Assembly: GCA_963841015.1 (NCBI GenBank)
Contig: CAWJAX010000004.1
Coordinates: 12,040-44,039, forward strand
DNA length: 32,000 bases
Origin: an uncultured Methanoregulaceae archaeon
Lineage (GTDB): Archaea > Halobacteriota > Methanomicrobia > Methanomicrobiales > Methanospirillaceae
Reading direction: 5' to 3'
This document shows positions 19,487 through 27,894 of this stretch, in pieces. Numbering within the stretch: position 1 is the first letter of the stretch; the number at the start of each line of letters is the position of its first letter. The notes under the pieces were generated by a model. It saw only the letters and a list, made by a program, of their open reading frames with translations, was not told where the DNA came from and did not search any database. The position numbers and the translations under genes were made by a program.

Positions 19487-19900
19487 ATGAAAAAGAAAGT
19501 CTTGTTTATCTGCACCCATAACTCGGCCCGCTCACAGATGGCAGAAGGGTATATGAAGGCAAAGTATGGTGACCGCTACGAAGTATCCAGTGCCGGAACT
19601 GAAGTAACCCGGGTCCACCCGATGGCAATTGAGGTCATGAAGGAGATTGGAATCGACATCACCAGTCACCGTTCGAAACTAATCGATGAGTTCTTCGGTA
19701 AAGGAATAGGTACCGTAGTGACGGTCTGCGATTCTGCACAGAAAGCCTGTCCGTTTTTCCCGGGTGCAAAGGAAGAAATTCACCGGAGTTTTCCGGATCC
19801 TTCGGCATTTAATGGGTCTGATGAGGAGATCCGGGCCGGGTTCCACCGCGTGAGAGATGAGATTATCCAATGGATCGATGAATATTTTACAAGAAGGTAA
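19487..19900 (+). CDS. arsC: Thioredoxin-coupled type arsenate reductase (LMW-PTP fold)
   Basis: KKVLFICTHNSARSQMAEGYM P-loop; VTVCDSAQKACPFFPG cysteines; start at ATG 19487. Confidence 0.95.
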   Translation: MKKKVLFICTHNSARSQMAEGYMKAKYGDRYEVSSAGTEVTRVHPMAIEVMKEIGIDITSHRSKLIDEFFGKGIGTVVTVCDSAQKACPFFPGAKEEIHRSFPDPSAFNGSDEEIRAGFHRVRDEIIQWIDEYFTRR

Positions 19901-19904
19901 AACC

Positions 19905-20741
19905 ATGACTGACGAACACGAAATACGGAAACAAGTACGGAAAAGCTACGCAAAGGTTGTTGAAGGGAGTAGCGGATGCAGCTGCGGCCCAAATTCCTCT
20001 TGCTGTGGCGGAGCGACAACGGCAGAACAGATAAGCGCGAAGGTCGGCTACTCAGCCGAGGAGATGGGGGCTGTCCCGGAGGGGGCAAATCTCGGCCTCG
20101 GGTGCGGGAACCCGCTTGCCCATGCAGCGATTCATGAAGGGGACACAGTCCTAGATCTGGGATCCGGTGCCGGGTTCGATTGTTTCCTTGCTGCCCGGAA
20201 AGTCGGAAAGACAGGACGGGTTATCGGGGTTGACATGACGCACGAGATGCTGCTGAAAGCACGGGAAAATGCGAAAAAGTCGGGTGCAACCAATGTAGAG
20301 TTCCGGCTCGGGGAAATCGAAGCCCTGCCGGTTGCTGATAACTCCGTTGATCTTATCATCTCAAATTGTGTTATCAATCTCTCTCCTGACAAGGCGAGAG
20401 TCTTCCGCGAGGCATTCCGGGTGCTGAAGCCGGGGGGATTGCTCATGGTTTCAGATATTGTCCTGACCCGTGAACTTCCGGAATCAGTGCGTACTTCGAT
20501 GGAAGCCTATGCCAGCTGCATCGCGGGTGCGAGCCTGAAAGATGCCTATCTTGACCTGATCCGAAAGGCACATTTTTCCGATGTAGCGGTACTTGAGGAA
20601 ACCGCCGTACCTTTCGGGCTGGCAGTGGCAGACCCCCTTATAAAAGCAGGTTTTGAGTCCCTGTCCCTTTCGAAAGATGAATACACACAAATCACGGAAT
20701 CGGTGAAGAGTGTGAAGGTAAAGGCGATAAAAAGAAGATGA
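19905..20741 (+). CDS. arsM: Arsenite methyltransferase
   Basis: Starts MTDEHEIRKQVRKSYAKVVEG; GLGCGNPLAHAAIHEGDTVLDLGSGAGFDCFLAA SAM motif; conserved Cys in LIISNCVINLSPDK and YASCIAGA. Confidence 0.96.
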   Translation: MTDEHEIRKQVRKSYAKVVEGSSGCSCGPNSSCCGGATTAEQISAKVGYSAEEMGAVPEGANLGLGCGNPLAHAAIHEGDTVLDLGSGAGFDCFLAARKVGKTGRVIGVDMTHEMLLKARENAKKSGATNVEFRLGEIEALPVADNSVDLIISNCVINLSPDKARVFREAFRVLKPGGLLMVSDIVLTRELPESVRTSMEAYASCIAGASLKDAYLDLIRKAHFSDVAVLEETAVPFGLAVADPLIKAGFESLSLSKDEYTQITESVKSVKVKAIKRR

Positions 20742-20774
20742 CTGTTAGATTATAATCCAATCCTTTGAATCAAG

Positions 20775-21140
20775 GTGAGAGAAATTACTGACGAAAGTCC
20801 ATTGATCCTTATCACCTGCTCGGGTGTTTCCAATACCGGGAAACTGACGGCACAGGTCGCGGGAATCCTTGCGCAGAAAGAACCGGATCTCTTTGAGGGG
20901 CACGTGCATGTAAAGCAGTCCACCCGCGATATGGAAGCGGTAATCAATGGTGGTAAGGTGGTGGTGATTGACGGATGCGGAGATCGGTGTGCAGCAAAGA
21001 AACTCAAAAGTTTTTTCATTACCCCCCATATCCATATCATCGCGACTGAAGAGGGAATCGAAAAGAACGGAATGGGTGACCCGAAGTTCGAAGAGATTGA
21101 AACGCTCATCGCGGCGGTTCGCAGGGAAGTTCGGCGATAA
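20775..21140 (+). CDS. Second DGC-domain putative zinc-binding protein
   Basis: 121 aa; LILITCSGVSNTGKLTAQVAGIL, VVVIDGCGDRCAAKKL; GTG start. Confidence 0.8.
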   Translation: MREITDESPLILITCSGVSNTGKLTAQVAGILAQKEPDLFEGHVHVKQSTRDMEAVINGGKVVVIDGCGDRCAAKKLKSFFITPHIHIIATEEGIEKNGMGDPKFEEIETLIAAVRREVRR

Positions 21141-21317
21141 TCCAGATCGTGTATGTAAAAAATGAATAGATGAATTATGGAAATGGTGAAGAAATACTGA
21201 ATTTCCTGTACTCAGTTAAAATTTTTGCGGGGGACTGGAAGACCACAAAAAAATCTTTCATGCCCGGATTTGAATGATCGATAAGAAACTCGCCTGTTTG
21301 AAATCAGTGACGGAATC

Positions 21318-22235
21318 ATGAACGCTATAGAAGCCGGGCATCTCATCAAAAGATTTGGTACGGTAACCGCAGTGAACGATGTCAGCCTTACGGTGCGTGA
21401 GGGAGAAATCTTCGGGTTCCTCGGCCCCAACGGGGCCGGAAAGACGACGACGATGCGCCTGCTCACCAGCGTTCTTACTCCGGACGCAGGAACAGTCCTC
21501 ATCAACGGCATTGATATCCACCGTCATCCGCTGGATGCCAAGATGCAGATGGGTGTCATCCCGGAGAACAGCTCGGTCTACGCAGACATGTCCGCGGAGC
21601 AGAACCTGCATCTGAGTGGGCAGATGTACGGCATGTCCCGGGCACTCCGGGAAGAGAGGATCGATGAGATACTCTCAAGGATGGGCCTTTCTGAGAAACG
21701 ACGCCTCCCGGTCCGTACATTCTCGAAAGGGATGAAGCAGCGTGTAAGTATCGCATGCGCCATCATCCACCGGCCTAAAGTCCTGTTTCTCGATGAGCCC
21801 ACAAGCGGCCTTGACGTGCAGAGTCGCAGACTCGTGATCGAGACGATTCGTCAAATGAACGAGCAGGGAAGTACAATCTTCCTCACCACGCATAACATCG
21901 AAGAGGCAAACACGCTCTGCCAGACAGTCTGCATCATTAATAAAGGGAAGATCGTTGCACAGGACAGTCCCGAACGGCTTAAAAAGATGTTCGATACTAC
22001 GCAGTCCGTAGAGGTTTCCTTTGACCGGGCTGTAACCCGGGACTTGTTCGCAGCGGAAGGGATTTTGCGGGCGGAGCAATGCGGTGACAAGTGGAGGTTG
22101 TATACGGACAATCCGGACATGATCCTGAAATACCTTGTCGGGCGTGCCGAACGCGAGTCCATTGGCATCACATCCCTCACGACCTCCGGTCCGAGCCTTG
22201 AAGAGGCATTTGTCACGCTAACGGAGTGTGCATGA
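21318..22235 (+). CDS. ABC transporter ATP-binding protein
   Basis: 305 aa; GPNGAGKTTTMRLL Walker A, FSKGMKQRVSIA signature, VLFLDEPTSGLD Walker B. Confidence 0.97.
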   Translation: MNAIEAGHLIKRFGTVTAVNDVSLTVREGEIFGFLGPNGAGKTTTMRLLTSVLTPDAGTVLINGIDIHRHPLDAKMQMGVIPENSSVYADMSAEQNLHLSGQMYGMSRALREERIDEILSRMGLSEKRRLPVRTFSKGMKQRVSIACAIIHRPKVLFLDEPTSGLDVQSRRLVIETIRQMNEQGSTIFLTTHNIEEANTLCQTVCIINKGKIVAQDSPERLKKMFDTTQSVEVSFDRAVTRDLFAAEGILRAEQCGDKWRLYTDNPDMILKYLVGRAERESIGITSLTTSGPSLEEAFVTLTECA

Positions 22236-22981
22236 TGGAGATACCGATATTCCTTCGCGGTATCCTCGTCATTACCGAAAAAAACATGAGGCTGTATTAC
22301 ACCAAACCGCCAGTCCTTATGTTCGGGCTCCTCTTCCCGCTCTTCATGTTCTTTGCGTTCTTCGTCGGGCGTAAACTCGAGCTGACCACCTATTTTCCGG
22401 CGTTCCTGGCGATGATGCTGTTTTTCACTGCGTCATCGGTAGGCCCGCTGATCACACCATGGGAGAAACGGGATAAGACGTATGAACGGCTCCTCTCGTA
22501 CCCGGTAACGCAGGACATCATCATCCTCGGCGACGTTGCAGCGGGTGCGATCTTCGGGATTGGGATCTCCCTGCTTATATGGATTTTGAGTTCCCAGTTT
22601 ATTCCAATTGCAGTCACGAGCCTGGGGTTATTTGTCCTTGCGTTTGTCCTCGGCACGCTTTCCTGTTCCGCGATGGGGGTCCTAATCGTATCGCCGGGAT
22701 CCGACAACCCGCCCAACGTGATGATCTTCTCAAACCTGATCCGGTTCCCACTTATCTTCATCTCCGGCATCTTTGTTCCCCTCGCGGATATGCAAGGATT
22801 GGCCCTTACGCTCGCGTATTTTTCACCTCTGACGTACCTTGTCGACTTGTTCAACGCTGCCATGAACGGAATATCAGTATTTTCACCGGCTGTTGATTGT
22901 GGGGTGCTCATTGGTATCTTCGCCGGTTTTCTCCTTGCTGCACGGTTCATTCAGAAACGGAATCTGATGAAGGGAATGTGA
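22226..22981 (+). CDS. ABC-2 type transporter permease
   Basis: 251 aa, about 6 TM segments; overlaps ATPase gene by 10 nt. Confidence 0.93.
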   Translation: MCMMEIPIFLRGILVITEKNMRLYYTKPPVLMFGLLFPLFMFFAFFVGRKLELTTYFPAFLAMMLFFTASSVGPLITPWEKRDKTYERLLSYPVTQDIIILGDVAAGAIFGIGISLLIWILSSQFIPIAVTSLGLFVLAFVLGTLSCSAMGVLIVSPGSDNPPNVMIFSNLIRFPLIFISGIFVPLADMQGLALTLAYFSPLTYLVDLFNAAMNGISVFSPAVDCGVLIGIFAGFLLAARFIQKRNLMKGM

Positions 22982-22999
22982 GGATAAAACAGCAGGGAA

Positions 23000-23630
23000 T
23001 TATGGTCTCCAGACCTCCACCATCGATTGATCACCGTGGTATCCAAGGAACTTCTGGAGAGCGGGAAGCTCGATTTTTCTTTTTTTGGGATTGGTATCAA
23101 GGGGATTGTTGAAGTACATGAATTTGTCATTGATTCCGGTCACTACAACCCAATGAGGGAGGTCTTCTTTGCTGAAAAACAAGGAATTCGTCACCACCAG
23201 GGGAACATGGTTCGAAAACAGAGATTTGAAAATGGTTTTTCCGGTGATGGTTTCTCGTTTTTCCCTGACCCCCAGTTTTCTGCATCTGGTTCTTCGTTCG
23301 TAAAACTGGTCCTTGAGCATCTCCATATCCGGGGCGTTCAGTGGTGGAACGAACTGTTCAGCAAAATCAATTCCACCACTATTGCTGGTAACTCTTGCGG
23401 AAAATCCACGAACTGCTGCAGAAAAAGCCAGACCATACCTGCTTGTTCCATAGACAGCTGACAAGGGTTCCTTCCCTCCAGAGGTCCAATTCCAACTCTT
23501 TTCCGAGGCGCACTTCCTTATCCAGGTACTTCATTGCCATCATCAATGAAGCCGGGCCGCAGGTGAAGTCATAATGCTGCCGGTAAAAGGGAATATTCAG
23601 TTGGATAGACGCTCCGTTGTCAGCCTGCAT
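23000..23630 (-). CDS. C39-like peptidase domain protein, one frameshift
   Basis: MQADNGASIQLNIPFYRQHYDFTCGPASLMMAMKYLD...EGTL / SAVYGTSRYGLAFSAAVRGF...PHWVVVTGINDKFMYFNNP; frame change near 23465. Confidence 0.8.
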
Positions 23631-23804
23631 GTCCTGTCCCCTTTTTTGTATGTGGATTGGATGAACCTTTCTTCGATGGTGCTTTTTATTGAATACCGCT
23701 ATAATTCTGAAACTTCCTGGTGATCTGAAACAGCTCATGAAAGAATGCTGCTGCAATCAAACATGGATAATCCATCATAAAATGATATCCCGGTACATAA
23801 TCCA

Positions 23805-24059
23805 TCAGCATTGCTGTTCCGATGTTTTTATTTGTGGAGTAATCCGTATGCGTTTCAGGTCATACCATCCCTTCCCCAGCACGACGAGTCCAATCACGAT
23901 AAAAAAGCAGGAATGAACTCCATAGACCCAGGTCTCAAAACCGGAATTTCCGGAAAATAAACTCATCCAGAAGAACGGGCATACCAGACCAAAGAGGGCA
24001 AGTCCTGCACCTACTTTTACCTGGCTTTTTATCTGTTGTTCGCTGGGAGGCATTTTCAT
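23805..24059 (-). CDS. Small membrane protein, paralogue of the next gene
   Basis: 84 aa; QVKVGAGLALFGLVCPFFWMSLFSGNSGFETWVYGVHSCFFIVIGLVVL. Confidence 0.7.
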   Translation of the reverse strand: MKMPPSEQQIKSQVKVGAGLALFGLVCPFFWMSLFSGNSGFETWVYGVHSCFFIVIGLVVLGKGWYDLKRIRITPQIKTSEQQC

Positions 24060-24102
24060 TACCCTGAGGTGTTCAGCAAATCAATCATTATCAGATACCG
24101 AT

Positions 24103-24537
24103 TCATGGATTTTCATTAAATTCACGTGCCTGTTCGTTTCTCAGCTGAATCCGGTACATTATCACGAACCCGAGACCGAATAGGAATACAAGGGACGAGT
24201 GCACGGCATTGAACATGAGTTCGTTTCCCCGGGCGCCGGACAGAAATGAGATCCAGAAGATCGGGCAGAATATCCCGATGAGCATTATACCATACCCGAT
24301 TTTTATATTGCTTTTCAGGTGGATTTCCCGGTTGGTGTTCCATTCAAGGGGTGTTCCCGTTTCCCCCCGCAGGAACTGGAGGACCTTTTTGCCAAGCATT
24401 GTGTAGGGACAGCAGGAGATCAAAAAACTGATGAATCCGCGTAGCCCTTGTTTTTGTCCCACCGATGACTCTGATACCGGGCAGCGGATCCCGGGTGCAT
24501 CACCGGAACAATTCTGTCTGATGAGCTGTCCTTTCAT
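24103..24537 (-). CDS. Small membrane protein, paralogue of the previous gene
   Basis: 144 aa; NIKIGYGIMLIGIFCPIFWISFLSGARGNELMFNAVHSSLVFLFGLGFV; true start may be internal. Confidence 0.65.
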   Translation of the reverse strand: MKGQLIRQNCSGDAPGIRCPVSESSVGQKQGLRGFISFLISCCPYTMLGKKVLQFLRGETGTPLEWNTNREIHLKSNIKIGYGIMLIGIFCPIFWISFLSGARGNELMFNAVHSSLVFLFGLGFVIMYRIQLRNEQAREFNENP

Positions 24538-24555
24538 TATTCAAATGTGTGACAT

Positions 24556-24598
24556 TACTAAATTTATAGGGGATACTAATTTAGATTTAATATACTAA
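24556..24598. promoter_or_regulatory. Three TACTAA repeats with embedded CTAAATT-N13-AATTTAG palindrome
   Basis: TACTAA at 24556, 24574 and 24593; lies between divergent 24103-24537(-) and HxlR 24620(+). Confidence 0.45.
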
Positions 24599-24619
24599 CA
24601 AAAAACATAGTGATATTGC

Positions 24620-24991
24620 ATGATGAAAGATCCTTCCTGTTATTTTTGCCCGGTGGAAGGCACACTCGATGTGATCGGCGGCAAATGGAAACCGCTGATC
24701 ATCTGGTTCCTGAGAAAACGTGTCCTGCGGTTCAGTGATCTCAGGCGGTCGATTCCCGGCATCACCGATGTGATGCTGACAAAACAGTTACGGGAATTGG
24801 AACAGGATGGTATTATCAGACGAAAAGTGTATACCCAGGTCCCTCCCAAGGTCGAATATTCACTTACACCTCTTGGGATGACGGTTATCCCGCTCCTCAA
24901 TGCTCTCTGCGATTGGGCGATCGAGCATATGAAGATCCCGATGATTGACGATAATGAAATTATTGTGTGTGGAAGAAAGAAGAAAAAATGA
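24620..24991 (+). CDS. HxlR-family transcriptional regulator
   Basis: CPVEGTLDVIGGKWKPLIIWFL...LRFSDLRRSIPGITDVMLTKQLRELEQDGIIRRKVY. Confidence 0.95.
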   Translation: MMKDPSCYFCPVEGTLDVIGGKWKPLIIWFLRKRVLRFSDLRRSIPGITDVMLTKQLRELEQDGIIRRKVYTQVPPKVEYSLTPLGMTVIPLLNALCDWAIEHMKIPMIDDNEIIVCGRKKKK

Positions 24992-25255
24992 GCCTCATAT
25001 TGGCGTTCTGGCAGGGTTTCTGAGGTCCGGAGGGGGTAAATATGTGGTAAAAACAATCTCGATTTAAAGTCCTTTGATGGCCAATAGGCGAGGTGAAAAT
25101 CTGCCTTAATTTGGCAAACAAAGCGAATATTGGGCATATTCTCCATACGAAACGAAAAGAAGCGTTTTACGGGTTTTTCCGGTATTGGTAAAATATATCT
25201 GGACGGGAAAAGGAGTCCATTTTGGGCGTATTTTCTCTCATGGCACTTAGCATCC
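24988..25255. repeat. Dispersed repeat copy C
   Basis: GAGCCTCATATTGGCGTTCTGGCAGGGTTTCTGAGGTCC...TTTGGCAAACAAAGCGAATAT...GGAGTCCATTTTGGGCGTATTTTC; shares both ends with copy B. Confidence 0.8.
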
Positions 25256-25258
25256 AAA

Positions 25259-25744
25259 TTATTTCTGCCCAATCCGCTTTTGTGTAGTTATGAGGTATTT
25301 TGTCACATCCTTCAAACAGCACCCGCCGGAGGGGTTGTTCCGCTCACAGTTGCACCCAGCTGTTTTCATCCTGCTCATGATATCCTCAACCGCCAGACTC
25401 TTTCCGGTCCGGGTAATCTCATCATCGATCTTTTTCTGTGTCCATCCATAACAGTAGCATAGAGGGACAGGATCTTCGGTCTCCTTGATACCGACCCGTA
25501 CATTCACGTCTCCTTTTTCAATATACTCGTCAGTGTCGTTGTTGAAGTAAACCACCGCACAGTCCGGTGTGTGGCAGAATGAAAAGCCATCCGGAGATGC
25601 CAGCAGGGACCGGCGTTTTTCTCTTACGAGTGATTCCACGGAGATCCTTGTTACCGGAGTACCGGGATTCCCGCACACCAGGCATACTGGTTTTATATCG
25701 GGCTTTTTCGGGCCACAACAACAGGAGTGCTGGTTTTTTTCCAT
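25259..25744 (-). CDS. CopZ N-terminal-domain-like 2Fe-2S/zinc metallochaperone
   Basis: 161 aa; CLVCGNPGTPVTRISVESLV, FSFCHTPDCAVVYF, VRVGIKETEDPVPLCYCYGWTQKKIDDEI, CNCERNNPSGGCCLKDV. Confidence 0.85.
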   Translation of the reverse strand: MEKNQHSCCCGPKKPDIKPVCLVCGNPGTPVTRISVESLVREKRRSLLASPDGFSFCHTPDCAVVYFNNDTDEYIEKGDVNVRVGIKETEDPVPLCYCYGWTQKKIDDEITRTGKSLAVEDIMSRMKTAGCNCERNNPSGGCCLKDVTKYLITTQKRIGQK

Positions 25745-25934
25745 TTTAAATTCTCCTTATATAGTACTACAGATTTTTGTTCTCATGCTTTATGAAAGAT
25801 AATCCCTGAAAATCTACCTGAAATTATCTGCATGATAAAATATTTTCTCACTAGCGATTTTTGAAAATCAGGGGAGGGAATATATACCCCGTTAACGGAT
25901 AACCAGTTATCAACTGCCAGTGGAAGGATGCGTT

Positions 25935-27894
25935 ATGACCGAAGAACCAAAACCCCAGCTGATACGGGAGAAGCTCGATGTCTGCGAGCTCGATAAAGCC
26001 CGAATGGCAATCCTGAATCCTGCATTAATTGAGCAGAAGAAGAATGATCGTACAATCGACGAGAATGCTAAACCAGTCCTTGAACTGATGTTGCGGGAAG
26101 GCATCGAGACGGTCTGGGACCGGTTCGAGATGCAACAGCCTTCGTGTAAATACTGTCTTGCCGGAACATCCTGTTCGCGCTGTACCATGGGACCCTGCCG
26201 TATCATCCCGCCTAACCGTATCCGTGGTGTATGCGGTGCAGATGCCGACCTTATCGTTTCCAGGAACCTCCTGGACCTGATAGCAACCGGTTCCGCAGCC
26301 CATTCAGACCACGGCAGGGACATTGCTGAAACGCTCTATCTCGTAGGTACGGGGAAAACCAAGGATTACACCATTTCTGATCCGGTAAAACTTAAACGAA
26401 TATCAGAAGAGTTTGGGATAAAAACTGACGGGAAAAAACCAGAGCAGCTCGCTGCCGAGCTTGGCGGGGCCATGCTGGATGAGTATGGTATGCGAAAGAA
26501 TACCCTCCAGTTTCTCAACCGTGCCCCGAAAGCGACACGGGAGATATGGACAAAACTGGGCATCACCCCCCGGGGGATTGACCGTGAAGTGGTAGATTCG
26601 ATGCACCGCGTCCAGATGGGTGTTGGTGCTGACTATGTCAATATCCTGCTCCAGGGGCTGCGTACCAGTCTTTCTGATGGATGGGGCGGCTCGATGATCG
26701 GCACCGAGGTGTCGGATATCCTGTTTGGCACACCGACAATACAAAGCTCAACGATGAATCTTGCAGTCATGAAAGCAGATCATGTGAACATCTCGGTGCA
26801 TGGTCATAACCCGGTGCTCTCTGAAGTAATCGTGAAGGCGGTAGCTGATCCAGAGATGAAAGCACTCGCGCAAAAATACGGTGCAAAAGGAATCAATCTT
26901 GTCGGGATGTGCTGCACGGGCAGCGAACTGCTGATGAGAAAAGGCGTCCCGATGACCGGTAACCATCTCAACCAGGAACTGATCATTGCAACCGGCGCCC
27001 TTGAAGCGATGGTGGTGGACTACCAGTGTATTTTCCCATCGCTTCCCCGGACCGCAAGCTGTTTCCATACCCTGATCATATCAACAAGTTCGAAAGCTGA
27101 CGATACCTGGTTCGTACTTCTTCGACTTCCACGCTGAGGATGCATATCTGACAGCAAAAGCAATCGTGCGGATGGCAGTGGAGAATTTCAAGAACCGGAA
27201 CCCGCAGCGTGTCCTTATCCCGGGAGAACCCGTACCGGTTATGTCAGGATTCTCCAATGAGGCGATCAAGAACGCACTTGGAGGTTCATTTAAACCACTG
27301 ATCGACCTTATCGCTGCTGGCAAGATCCGGGGAGCAGTAGGCATTGTCGGGTGCAACAACCCGCACATTAAGCATGATTCCGGCCACATCGCTCTCACAA
27401 AAGAACTCATTAAGAAGAACATTCTCTGTGTTGAGACCGGTTGTGCTGCAATCGCATCAGGAAAAGCCGGGCTGCTGAGACCAGAAGCTGCATCGCTCGC
27501 AGGTAATGACCTCCGGGCGATATGTGAATCTCTCAAAATCCCCCCGGTGCTCCACATGGGCTCCTGCGTTGACAACTCCCGTATTCTCGTGCTCGCTGCT
27601 GAACTTGCCAATGCCCTCAACGTCCCGATCCATAAGTTACCTATCGCAGGTGCGGCGCCGGAATGGTATTCACAGAAAGCTGTCTCTATCGGAGCATACT
27701 TTGTTGCATCCGGTGTCTACACGGTGCTCGGGGTGATGCCTCATATCTCCGGAAGTCCTCCGGTAGTATCGCTGCTCACCGAAGGACTGAAAGGTGCCGT
27801 TAATGCGAGCTTTTCCGTTGAACCGGATCCGGTCAAGGCATCTGTGCTTATATCGGACCACATCGAACGCAAGCGGACTGAGCTCGGGATTTAA
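25935..27894 (+). CDS. cooS: Anaerobic Ni-CO dehydrogenase catalytic subunit, one frameshift near 27100
   Basis: CKYCLAGTSCSRCTMGPCRI; AAHSDHGRDIAE; MVVDYQCIFPSLP; then in another frame PGSYFFDFHAEDAYLTAKAIVRMAVENF ... GCNNPHIKHDSGH ... HMGSCVDNSRI. Confidence 0.93.

Noticed and set aside
23027-23461. 144-aa plus-strand ORF
   Set aside because: Antisense to the C39-like peptidase.
24640-25272. 210-aa minus-strand ORF
   Set aside because: Antisense to HxlR and running through repeat copy C; chance open frame.
25805-25876. CCCTGAAAATC and GAAAATCAGGG as an inverted repeat upstream of cooS
   Set aside because: The two strings are not reverse complements over their full length, so no real hairpin is supported.
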